DNA of 64,000 bases from Stegostoma tigrinum. Taxonomy: Eukaryota. Positions 14,120 to 26,759 of this stretch are shown piece after piece; within the stretch, counting starts at the first letter, position 1; each line of letters begins with the position of its first letter. The notes under the pieces are model-generated. The model saw only the letters and a list, made by a program, of their open reading frames with translations, did no database searches and was not told the origin of the DNA. Position numbers and translations under genes: made by a program. Location: positions 31,148,935 through 31,212,934 of the forward strand of contig NC_081384.1 in assembly GCF_030684315.1 (NCBI RefSeq), read 5' to 3'.

Positions 14120-15240
14120 CCAGTTTTGATTTTGATTTTATTGTCACATGTAGTGAAATTTTAAAAAAGTATTGTTTATGAGTGGTACAGGCAGATCACA
14201 ACAAACAAAGCATGTACAGATCAAAAAGACTTAGGGACAGTCGGGTTACATTATTCCATTCAACAGTCTGATAACAGCTGGGAAGAAGCTATTCCTGACC
14301 CTGCTCATGCATGTGTTCAGGCTTCTGTGTCTTCTGCCTGATGGATGAGATTATAGGAGGTCAGAATGCAATTGGTCTTTGATGACTTTGGCTGGCTTTC
14401 CGCAGCAGCGAGCCGTGTAAATAGAGATGTAAATAGATGGAAAGTTGGCTTCCATGATGGTCTGGGCTATGTACACCAACTTCTGTCCTTTCTTACGGTC
14501 CTGGACACTGTATTTCCTGAGCTGCCTGAGGAAGAAGAAGTGTTGTTGTGCCTTCTTGACTGTCACATTTATGTCCTCAGTTATCGTCACTCCGAGGAAC
14601 TTAATTCTCTTCACTGTCTCAACCTCAAAACTGTTGATGTAGGTGGGGGTGTGTTCTCCTCCTTCCTTTCTGAAGTCAATGATCAGTTCATTAGTTTTGC
14701 TGACATTGAGAGACAAATTGTTTTCTTTGCACCACACCACCAAGCCCTCTATGTCCCTTCTGTATTTTGACTGGTTATTGCTAGATATCTGTCCCACTAC
14801 AGTGGTGTTGTCAGTGAACTTGTAGATGGCATTCATTTGGAATTTGGCAACACAGTCGTAGGTTTACAGGGATACAGTAGGGGACTGAGGACGCATGCTT
14901 GGAGGGCTCCAGTGTTGAGTGTTATTGTGGAGGATGGGCAGTTACTTATCCTCACTGATGGCAGCCAATGGATTAGGAAGCTGAGGATCCAGTCACAGAT
15001 GACGGAGCTGAGTCAGAGGTCATGCAGTTTTGAGATTAGTCTGGAGGGCATAATGGTGTTGAAGGCAGAGCCATAGTCAATGAGCAGGAGTCTGATGTAG
15101 GTGTCTTTGTGGTCCAGATGTTTTAGGGAGAAGTGCAGGACTAGGAATATGGCATCCTCTATGGACTTGTTATGTCAGTAATCAAACTGTAGGGGATTGA
15201 GGCAGATTGGACACTAGAGTTGGCATGGGGCACGACTAGT
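14120..15240 (-). mobile_element. Rex1/Babar-like non-LTR retrotransposon RT fragment
   Basis: ORF 14351-14836 KFTDNTTVVGQISSNN..WCKENNLSLNVSKTNELIIDFRK is a degenerate KFADD RT region. Confidence 0.75.
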
Positions 15241-15418
15241 GTTTCCTATCTGCTTCCTCCCCACTGATACTGCCAGACCTTCTGAGTTTCATCATGAATT
15301 TCTGTTTTTATTTTGCACCAATTCTTCTCTTTCAATTCTCACTAACTCCATGTAACCATTTTTAAACATGCAGAAATCCTCCTTAAACTTAAAGATGCTT
15401 TATCCCACAGACAGCTGG

Positions 15419-16241
15419 TGTTGTGATCTCAGCTGGTGGTAATACCGGGGAAGCCAAATCCCAATGGAGAAATTGGCTGGATAGTTTAAAAGTTTTATTT
15501 TGAATTTTTATTACCACGAATGCCAGTCATTGAATATCTTCACAACAGGCTATAATGTATCATTATAAGAAAAATCACAAACTATCACACATCCAAAATA
15601 ATTTCAATACAAATATTAAATATATATTTTCATCCCTTTTACCCTAGCAATAATCTTGCAGATGATCAAATCTTAGTGAAGTCAACCTATCCACATGCTG
15701 AAACTTCTTGCTCAGTTGTCATGGCTGTTATTTGTCTCTTGTCAGCAAATTTCGGCTATGCATTCACTTTATGCTACTTTCTTTAGTTAATGTCTCTGAG
15801 ATCCTTAACCTGCACTTAATAAGGGTTCTTTATACTCCAGTCTTAAACAACATTGTAGGATACCACCTTCCCTGATACCTCCATGGCATTTTGCTTCAGG
15901 AGCTTTCTTCCCACTGAGTCATAAGGTTCTCAGGACTTTGCCCCAACCCCAGTTACCAACATTTCAGCTATTATGAGCTTCTTTCTGAATGAAACTACTT
16001 CTGGCCTCCCTCCCTCTGGGTCATAAAACTCAAGACAGTGAACACCATAGCAATTATCTCCCTAGGTCATTTGTTGATCATACTTGGAAATACTATTTGG
16101 GACACTGTTCAAAATTCTTCACTGCGGTTTTGTTTAAAATGTTAGCTCTTCATAGAATTCAACATTAAAATCCATTTTCACTCCACTTTTTAACGCAAGT
16201 TTCCAAATAAGAGTAATATATTACGAACCTCAATCACAACA
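15419..16241. repeat. Right LTR of the Gypsy relic
   Basis: Perfect 8 bp terminal inverted repeat TGTTGTGA...TCACAACA; shares blocks with 7309-8165. Confidence 0.7.
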
Positions 16242-19200
16242 GAACTACTCATAATCTAGCACAATTTGGCCATGTCATTTGGAAAGTAAATTTTCATTTT
16301 GTTTTAGAAAGTGCTTAGGTAAAAGTTGAAGTTTGACATATTAATGAAGTAAATTAGAGGAAACATTACTCTCCATCTCACACTGTTGATGGATGCTAAA
16401 AATGAAATCTATTCCATTCTCCTGTTCCTATCATCAAATATCTAGCAAAAGAATGAAATATAAGTGAAATGTTATAGTGTCTAATATTTCAGTCAATTTA
16501 TGTCAATTCAATTTGTCATTAATTTGAATTCCTGAGTCCTAAAAGATGGTGTCTCTTTTCCACACGAACATTTGCTTGACCAGGCTTATATTGTATCCAT
16601 TCACATCTACTATTATGTAGTGTCAGCAACCATGAATCAAGTAAGAACATCCAGGTACAAAGACAAAATAAAATGACCACTGATCCACCAACTACATCCA
16701 ATCAGTCATTGGTACAAACTTTCAATTTGCACATCTACTCTTTACAATATTCTACAATTTTATTAATGCTGTCTCCTGGAAGAAGTAAAATGAGAAACAG
16801 AGAGACTTTAATTTTTTTGGACCATTTGTTCCCAATGCTGAAATGGCTGTTGTGACATTGTGGGCATATGCAATTGCAGCCAATTGACAGCTGTTAAAGA
16901 AATATTATAATTCTCCTGATTCAGGTTTTTCATTGTCCATTGTGATCTACAATATTCCTTAAGTTACTGAATGTTAATACTCACAAGTTTCCAGCAAAAG
17001 TTGAAGATGAAAATATTTTGTTTTTAAATTTGCTCGCGATCATTTTGCACTTATTCCTCACAAGAGCTGTATGTTACTTGCATTGCTACGCACAGATTAC
17101 AACATTCCAGGTAGCAGTGACATACCCCCAAAATGCACTATTAATTTTAAAAAGAAAATTCCTTTAAAGTTCCTAAAGAAAATCAATGAAACGTGATGAA
17201 TTTACCAAATCAAGAAAGATGGTACAACATGGATCATGGAATTCACCTTAATCAATGCTTAGAATTTTATTCTATAAGAAAACAAATTTAACCAACTCCC
17301 ATTCATTACCCACAACTTGCACCACCAACCTAGTATTTAATGCCCATTTGTACTAATCAGGAAACTGTGTTCCAATAACAATATACTCTGATCAGGTAAC
17401 TTTATAATGACCACACTCATTACAGCATCAAACATGGAGGAAGAAGCCAGCAGAAAAAATTTTCAGTTTACAGATGAAGAAAAAAATTAATCACTGAGAA
17501 GCAAAAGAAAGCAACAAGCAGACCAAGCATTCAGTCAAGCTACTCAAAGGTAAAAACATGTATTAATTAAGCATTTTTTAGCTCGATAAAACATACAGAA
17601 TCCCAGTGATGTAGACTGCTTTGATGTTTATGTTTAAACTGTTTAATCATAAAAATAATAAATTATAAAAGATGAAAAATTTCTCCGATGTTTCTACTCT
17701 TTGTAATTAGTTTTACTGGTTGATGTGTACTTTGCAAAAAATTAACACAATCACTCATAGCTTCTGTGGACCAACCTAATGAGCAACTAACATAAAACCA
17801 ACAGCAAAATCAAAAAGTGCTAATACGACACAATGGGCTGGTCAGCATCTGTAATGCAAGTTAGACAAGTTGACACCTTGACTCAAGCATTTTCTTGATA
17901 CAAAATCATTGTCAGTTATTACCATACATCAAGCAGTGCTGCTGAGAAAAACTGAATGCAACACAGCAGCTGCTTTGCCCCACTCTGCATAAACTATGCT
18001 GTGATGAACTAAATTCCAACATTTCAGCACAATTTCAGAGGTATTGACATCACCATCTTGTATCAATTTGTTCTATCGTAGATTAGAAACTGGAATTTGC
18101 TGGGGGAGGTGAGTTTCTCAAAACCAGTTGAGAAGAAATTTGTTTAAAATACAAAATCTCACTCCAGTGTTCACCTTCATCCAGCAATCATTTAATCCAA
18201 CTGCAGATATCAGTGCCATATGCTGAGAAACAGGATTTCTATTTCAGTGTCCAGAATAAAACTTCTGTTGAAAATATACAGTTCTAAAGAAATTCAAAAG
18301 ATTCAATTTAAGCATTGTGGCTTAGAACGGTTTTAACTCATATTACACAAATGTGCTACCTTGGTACAGGCTGCAGAGCCATTTGGTCTTAATATGACTT
18401 CATCTTGGTTATTAAGGGCAAACATCCAGTCCTAGGCTGCCTAAACATTACAGTAAGATAGTAGGAAAAGCAGCAATCATTGAATCAGCACAGTTTTACT
18501 CCTAAATTGGCAAACTCTGCTCCACTTTCTGTTAGATTTTTCATCTGAACCCAGTGTGTAAACTTATTTAATATTTCCCTTCCTTATTATGCACAGGTCA
18601 TTTCACACAAACGTAGGTTATAGTGCTAATCTGGTCATAAATATAGCTTCTATAAACATTTAAATAAGTTGCTGATTGGCAAGTGGCCCTCCTCCCATCG
18701 ATAGTTAATGTGTTTGCAAAAAGTCAGCTCGGCTTGATAGTCTACATTTTCTGGTGTATCACAAGCTAAGATCATTTTAAGTGATATATCTTGGTCTACA
18801 ACACAGGGAGTCTTAAAAATATTCTATAAAAGACAGTAGGTATTTTAAATTGTGTTTTTAAAGTTACAGATCTTATAGCTACTTTGTATAATAGTTGCAT
18901 TGATTGAGTCAGCAGATGGGCTTTGTTAGTGGGATTTCAAGTCCATCCCAAATGCATACTTAATATCTAGACTGACTGAATATACACTAACAATTCTTGA
19001 AATAAGTACAAATGGCTGATTGGATCCTTTACAGGAGTATATATTTTTCCAAACATTATTAGGCATGGCAAAAAAATCATGTGATTTTATAATCATTTCC
19101 AATCTACAGATTTTGAGGCGAAGCTAGTTGCTAAAACAATTACTGACACATTTGAAGAACCAGATGCAAAGCCTTTTTCAAGTTCCTTTTTGTTTGCAAT

Positions 19201-19732
19201 CATGTTTTAAAGTGTTTTCATTTACTTATTTGCCAATAAAACAATGGCCAAAATACTAAAATCTGAAACAAAAACAGAAATGCTGGAAACATTGGGCAGG
19301 TCAAACAGGCAATTTAAATGGTCTTGTCTGTAGAGTGGAATTTGATATCTCACTTGCCTGTGACAACTGCTCACAAATATCAAGAAGCAGAAATCATGAT
19401 CTTCTGAAGGCTCTTATCAATGTCTCCTATAACATTAAAGGGGCATAGAACAGCAGCAGTTCTTTCATTCCACCTGTTTTAATCCTGAGCTTCTTTCCCA
19501 TGCAACTGCAGCTTCTAGGAATTTCTCCTAACAATGTTTTTCAAAGATTTTCTCAGTTGTCACTTCTATACTTGATGTGCTGTGCTCAAGTCTTGAAAGC
19601 TAAGGACTAAAGTCCACAAAAGCATTTTTGGTTTGCAAGATGTTGCTTTGTTTATTCTATGACTACAAATATTTATGAGTAACAAAAGCCTTTGATATTA
19701 TTTCCACCTTCTGACTGAACTGTAATTATAAA

Positions 19733-19857
19733 AACCAAAAGAAGTGCGGATGCTATAAATCAGGAACAAAAACAAAGTTGCTGGAAAAGCTCAGCAGGTC
19801 TGGCAGCATCTGTGAAGGAATAAAACGTTAACGTTTCGGGTCCGGTGACCCTTCCTT
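19733..19857 (-). mobile_element. Single-arm Penelope-derived short element with partial hammerhead motif
   Basis: Closely similar to 22634-22765; reverse complement reads ggaagggtcaccggacccGAAACGTTaac. Confidence 0.65.
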
Positions 19858-20127
19858 TTAGAACTATATCCATATCCATTATTTGTTGTTGGCCTTAACT
19901 GAATAATTGTTATTCAGTTAACAATTAAAAAAGTAGGTGAAGGCAAAGCAACAACATAGACAAATCAGTATCTGTCAGACTGGCTTAATAATCTTTGACA
20001 TAGACGAGTTGTGGGCACAGCCCATTCACAATGTTGACCATGCAAACTAAAGCAGTTCAGTGCAAAACTGAAGGAGCTGTTGTCCTTTATTTTACTGACC
20101 TATTTTCCTAATCAATCTGTTCACAGA

Positions 20128-20215
20128 TGTTATTACACACCTCTGGAGCAGGTGGGACATGAACCCAGACCTCCTGTTCTAGAGGTAGGGGCACCACCAC
20201 TGCCCCACAAGAGGA
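20128..20215 (-). mobile_element. Short tRNA-head SINE fragment; related copies at 25570-25640 (+) and 32370-32460 (-)
   Basis: Three mutually similar ~85 bp segments with degenerate A/B boxes. Confidence 0.55.
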
Positions 20216-22479
20216 CTACAGTCCTTTAAAAAGATTTTTTAATGGTCTACAGGTGTCGCTGACAAGGCTAACGATTGTTATCCTATGCCAATTTACCTTT
20301 GAAAAGGCAAAGATGAGTTGCCTTTTTGAACCACTGCAATCTGAGCGTCGTAGGTGCATCCACGCTGCCTAAAGGAATAGCGTTTTCAATTTTTCAAACA
20401 GCCATATTAAAGGAACAATGCTAAAGTTCCAAATCAAGATGATGTATGGCTGGGAGGGGACTTCCAGGTGGAGGTGTTCATGTACCTGCTGCCCTTGTCT
20501 TTTTCATAATATACAAAGTCCTGTTTGCTGACTTGGGTAAACATAAGAAGAAGAAATATACTGGACTGAAATCTGGTTCTCTTTCCAAAGGTGCTGCCAG
20601 ACTCAATGAGTTTCTCCAGCATTTCCTGCTTTTGTTTTATATACTATGGAAATTCCACCTAAGTGTTGAAAGAGCAGAAGGTTTATTAACCATCTCACAG
20701 AATGCTGGAGAAATTCATGCCAGACTTGAGACAGTAATTCTGTATCTCTTCCCACAGATGCTGCAAGACCTCTTGTGTTTCTCCAGCATCCTCTGTGTTT
20801 GTTTCAGATTCCTACCATCTACATTATTTTGCTTTTTTTCAAAAGAATTTAATAATCTCATTCCTGTTTGTATAACCTTTCCATGTATAATTGGAATCAC
20901 AGTGACTTTACTAGAAAAGTAACTCAGTCCTTGTAAAGTGCTTTGGAATGACTTGCAGACTTGAAAAGTACTACATAAATGCAAGTTATTTCTTCCTATT
21001 AATGCGTAAAAGAGCATTAGGACAAACAGAAGATAATCCAGCATTCTAAATGCAATTTACTAGTAGCCTTGTAATTATCTTACACCCCCACCCTAACTCC
21101 AAAACACTCCATCTGATAATAAACTGCAATCTTGGTATTGTATGGAAGGAAGCACACAAAAAAGGGTAGAGTTCGTGTAAAAAGTTATGGTATGTAAAAA
21201 GTCACAAGTCCATTCTCCAAGTTAAATGTTTCATTGAGTTAACATGATTTGATGTCTATTGCCTTGTGTAGGAAGTCGTTCAGGACCATCTGATGAAGCC
21301 CTTTAAATCAGGTAGTTCTCATCACTAAAGTTTCCACAAGCAAGATTTTGCAATGTTGAATATTGTAATTTAACATCAATCAATAATACAAGTCAATCAT
21401 TTTATACTTACAGTTTCCTTTAAATAACTTTTATATTTAAAGCTTCACAGTTGTTTGCTGTTAATATGCACCTTGATTTGAATTGTTCTGTTTGGTCTCA
21501 TGATATTTGTAAATCCTGGTGTTTTTTGGCAGTTTTCTTTAGAAAATGGTATGAATTGGTTAAATTGTGAAGTCAAATATTTTTGAATAAGTATGAGAAA
21601 TTACAAATAAAAAATAGAAAATTAATTTGATTTTCTGATCTTAATTTGTAAAATTAGTGTCAAATGGTATTATGATACATAATTACAATTGCAATATCAG
21701 CATAATTCATTGTGCAGGAAATATTTTGAATAATTTTTGAGATGAAGTCTGGATACTTCATATATTTTGAATTTTTCTCAAACACTGGAGCCAAAATACA
21801 TCTTGTTAATGTTTTAGGCAACTAATGTACAATACCGTTCATGGAAACCTGGGTATCACCAAGACAAGTGAAAAATAAATGTTATATTCAATCTTTTAAA
21901 ATAATGAGTGCATGATATGATATAATACTCAACACCTATCTATCCCGCAGTCTTGGTATGCAATTAGATTTTGACCTGCAACAGATGATGTCATAAAAAA
22001 AACGCTTGTGACTGATCATGACACATTACCTTTTCTCACCCCCTCAACTGCCCTGCAGGTTTTGACTGTTGGAATCACAATACCATCCTTCATCATATTT
22101 CCTCTTGTACTTGGTTCCAACATTGACCCATCCAATTATAGACAAGGCAACTCCAGCAATGGCTTTTCTTCTTACCACACACTGTTACTCCCCGAGTCCT
22201 GAAAAAATGTGCTCTTAGTCTCTCCCTCTTCCTTATCTATATCTATATACTGTCTCTTTGTAGTGGCATGAGCCAGCTGCAAAACAAATGGATAACATAA
22301 GCCTCCACCCTTTTTCTCTACTTGTTCATTAGACCTTAACATTGTATTGTTATCAGTTGAGCAGCCTTGGATAAGATGAAATTACCTGCTGTTATATTCT
22401 GGCATCACCTTCAGACCCAGGCAGAAACTCTGTATGCAAAAGCTGCAAAAGGTTACACTGGACTGCAAATGTATAAATA

Positions 22480-23130
22480 GTTGGTTGGCACCAGCGAAAG
22501 TATTGTGTGCAGGCCTGGAAACAATATTAAAGGAGGATGTGATTACGTTTTTGGAGATGGTGCAGATGAGGTTTACCAAGATGTTGCTTGGGCTGAAGAG
22601 TTTTATTTATGAAGGGAGATTGCCTAGACTGGGTGAACCAAAAGAACTGCGGATGTTGTAAATCAGGAACAAAAATAAAGCTGCTGGAAAAGCTCAGCAG
22701 GTCTGGCAGCATCTGTGAAGGAGAAAAAAAGAGTTAATGTTTCGCATCTGGTGACCCTTCCTCAGTTGCCTAGACTGGGGTTCTTTTTCTTGGAGCAGAG
22801 GAGACTGAGGTCAGGACATGATTGCAATATATAAAATTTATGAGGGTCATAGACAGGGTACATTTCACCAGGGATCAGTGATTTATGGGCATATATTTGA
22901 AGTAAGGGGCAGGAAGTTTAGAGAAGATGTGAGAAATATTTTTTTCACTCAGAGGACAGTGGGAATTTGGAACTCACAGCCTATGAGGATGGTAGAGGCA
23001 GAGATCCTAATAACATATAATAGTATTTAATGTGCTTTTGTGGTGCCAAGACATACAAGGATCTGGGTCAAGCACTGAAAATTGGGATCAGAATAGTTGG
23101 GTCGTTGTTTTTGACGGGGGCAGACTCAGT
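22480..23130 (+). mobile_element. CR1 LINE 3' fragment interrupted by a short Penelope-derived element
   Basis: LEMVQMRFTKMLLGLKSFIYEGRL and FFTQRTVGIWNSQP are CR1 ORF2 C-terminal motifs. Confidence 0.8.
22634..22765 (-). mobile_element. 132 bp single-arm Penelope-derived insertion with 14 bp TSD
   Basis: ttgcctagactggg at 22620-22633 and 22766-22779; the minus strand starts exactly at CTGAGGAAGGGTCACC..GAAAC. Confidence 0.85.
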
Positions 23131-26100
23131 AAGAATCAGCTACACTCTAAAAACATTTTTTCTCATTTCTACTTTGGTGATCTCTTGGCCGGTCACCCAG
23201 CTGCCCTGGGGTTTAGATCTGATGTATTGTTACTGGAATTGCTTAGCTCTCAGAATCACCCACTGCTCATACTGGTTAGCATACAAGTATTCCTGTACAG
23301 CTTCTCCAGATTGCTACCTCAGTTTTTCTTATAGATAGCATACCATCCTGCACATTTCTTTGAAATTGATCTTCTGGCTTGGTGATAGTTGTAGGGTGGA
23401 GATATGTCAAACCTGGCCTTACAGATTATGGTTGAAAGCAATTCTATTGCTGCTGATGGCCCACTATGCCTCATGGATGCTCAGCCATGAGTTACTGGAT
23501 CTGTTTGAAATCTATCCCATTCAGCATGATGGTAGTCCCGCACAACAAAATTGAGGGTAACTTTAATAAGAAGATGGGATTTTTGTTTCCATAGGAACAT
23601 GTGGTGGTTGCCCCAACTGTTAATATCATGGGATAGATACATCAGATACAGGTATATAAATCAGAATGAAGTCAAGTATGTTTTTTTTCATGTTGGTTCC
23701 TTTACCACATGCCACAGACGTAATTCGGTTAGACACCAGACGTCATCAGCATGGCTTTCTTTGTCTTGCCATTTGACACATGCCACAATATTCAGAAACA
23801 AACACTATTTCTGTCTTCCCTTGACAACTGCTTGTCATGTTTGCCAGCAGCGATCAGTCAAGAGGGTGGACATTTTGCTGTAAGGCACTGTGCTAAATCA
23901 ATGCCAGGCCTACAGTATGTGCCAGCAGCTTCAACCAAATGGCTATATCTGAAAGTCTAAAGGGAGTAGTCCTCAGCAAAGTAAAGTTGGCACATACCGG
24001 CACCGTAAGTTAAGGACATTGTGTAATGTTGGGAAAGTGCTTGGCACATTCAGTCAGGCGTTTGGTGCACTCAGAGTTAGGCTTCTGAATCATGACAGTG
24101 ATAACGAGTAATAGGCCACAGTCAGTTCTGCAGATCCAGTGCATCCTGACAGGGGATTAGTTGTAAGCTATTCTAAAGCTGCACAGAAATCAGTCAAGGG
24201 CCTGGTCATTCATCAGTCAGGGTTGTCCTTCCAAATTAATTAGGGGAGTGAGCTACAGTCAGTCCTGAATGATGACAAGATGTTATGCTATGCTGGGTGT
24301 TAGGGAAAGTGTAGCACTCACCTAGGCAGTGTTCCAACATGGTCTAGGACCAAGCACAGGTAGACTGTGCAGCTTGATTTTTGTAGCTGCAGTTACAGTG
24401 AAATTTCATCAGACAGGTGATAATGTAGAGTGACAGTGTATTTATGAATGTGAGCTTATATTCAGCATGAAATGTCACCTGTGCCACCTATCAGTCCTCA
24501 GAAACATTTTCTTTGCAATTTCCCTTCCAGTACATGCACAGTGAGTTGTTCTGCATAGCTGGAAATGATTAACCTAGTGGACAACCAGAGCTTTAAATAT
24601 GGCATTGGTGGTGGAAATCCTAGTAGGTCCTGGCACTGGTATGTCCAAGAGCAAAACAGCGCAAAAGTAGTGCTATAGAGGTGTGGTGAAATGGATAATT
24701 ACGTGAGGTAATTTCTAGGGAAAAAAAAACAGAAATCCTCCATTAAACTCCCTGAAATTAACTCAGCTATTTTTGTTTTGAAAAATTCAGTCCAGTATAA
24801 TACAGTTAACGAAACAATGCACTTTTCACTGACATGGCATTTCATCTAACAAAAACTCAGCAGTCTAACAAAGGAAATTAAGAATAATGTTAGCTTTTTT
24901 TAAAAATGTTATACCATTTTGCAAAGTAGCTTCAGGAACTGGTGTGTTTTCAAACCAACAAATGTCATGAAATAGTTGATTAAGAAAGGAAAAGATAAAA
25001 TACATTTTTCTAAGAACACAATGCCAGATATTGAGGTTGCTCCCTGGATAACTCATTATTGCACAAATAATAGCATTCATACATTCCAACAGTTGAGTCC
25101 CTATTTCTTCTTCTTAAATCACGCCTATAATTCATTGAGGTGTGTGCATAATAATAATGGATGCACTTTGAGATGAAATGCAATGCTTGTGAAAGAGTTG
25201 GTTTACACTCAAGAAGCACCTGCATGTGATGTTGTACTTTAAAATTTAATTATACATAAACACAATTAGAGTCCACACATTTTAATGAAAGCTTTATTCC
25301 TGTTAGCCACAATCCATAAAACTCACACCCCATCGATTTCTAGCTCCAATATTTATGCCACCAATGCATACACAATTAATCTTTTATTAATATATCCATT
25401 ACCTGTTCCCTCATTACATTTAGTCTCAGGCATTCCTTCAGGCCATATAAGATAACAACATGTGTCGATTACAATGTATATGGGCCCCATTTCACCATCA
25501 CCACTCTTTCAGTGTTTCACATCTGTTCCCAATAGTTTGACAAGTCTAGTCAGCTGGAGATGAGGTGGGGTCTTGTCACATAGTGGTAATCTTCCTATCT
25601 TTGGGCTGAGGGGGCCTGGGTTCTAGGTCCACCTGCTCCAATGAGGAATACCATTTCCTCTGCTACATCTGTCAAGGCAGCTTTTTGTTCTCCACTTGCA
25701 AAAAGGTTACAAATAAATATTCTCCCTCATATGTGGACATCAGCCTCGAATGCTATCCTCAACTGGTTTGGCTTGTGAACCAATGTGGTTCCCAGAGTTT
25801 GGATGCTGCCACGCCTGAGCAAATGGAGCCACAGGTAAGGGTTGGGTATGATTCAAGGGTCAGGTGCACTTAGTCATTCAGCTATTAAGTAGGATGTGGC
25901 TGATTCCTGCAAAAGGAACTACTTCTGGCAACTATTTCTACATACTATTTCAAAACACAAAGACAGATTAAGTGACTAAGCACCATGGTGGCAGGTGGCA
26001 TATACTGGGGGAAGTTTGAGGTTATTCACTTTCGAAGTAACAACAGTGGAAAGGTCTTAACATGCAGTGAGTAGCATCTCCATTTCTGAGCCTGAAGCCT

Positions 26101-26759
26101 GAGTTTTAAATCCCATTCCAGGACATTTTTGACAAGGAAGATATGTTCAAATTTGGTCAAATGGGTTTAGTGTTATTCTGCAAATTATTCCAAGTTATGC
26201 CAATAGCAAGTGGCAAGAGTAGGAGATTCCTTGTTAGGTGTATGCTGGAAAGAAATTGGACCTACTACTACTCACTCCAGTTGAGATGAATTCAGGTCAA
26301 GATCATAACATATGCATTAGATTCGCCTTAAAGAACTCGAGAAGAAAAAGAAAGAATAGAAAAACATAATATTTGTAAAAGGCACACAATTTGTAATGCT
26401 GATACTCAGAGACACATGTGCACTCATACAATATATGCAAAGTGACCATCACAAATGTCCGGTTGACCATTACTGCAGACAGGAGTACAGGAATGAGGAA
26501 GTCTTGATATAATTCTTACAGACATTGTCGAGACCGCACCTGATTTACTGAATGAAATTTTAGTTTCCATATTTTGGCAAGAATATATTTAACTTGACGG
26601 TGGAATAGTGAATGTTCATTAATTCAGCTGATAAGATGAGAGTGTGCACTAGAATTAGAGGTTGAGTAAATTGGCCCTCTCCCCATTGGGCATCCAAGAA
26701 AGGCACTATTACAGTACTCATGGATGTCTTCAATTATGCAGGTAGATAGGAAAAGTTGG

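Larger units (their letters stand above)
7309..16241 (-). mobile_element. Ancient decayed Gypsy-type LTR retrotransposon with both LTRs and nested younger insertions
   Basis: Diverged direct repeats at ~7309-8165 and 15419-16241; internal minus-strand RT relic INLAKSRFV*VKVTYL near 8900-8955 and RNase H-like relics near 8590-8670. Confidence 0.7.
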
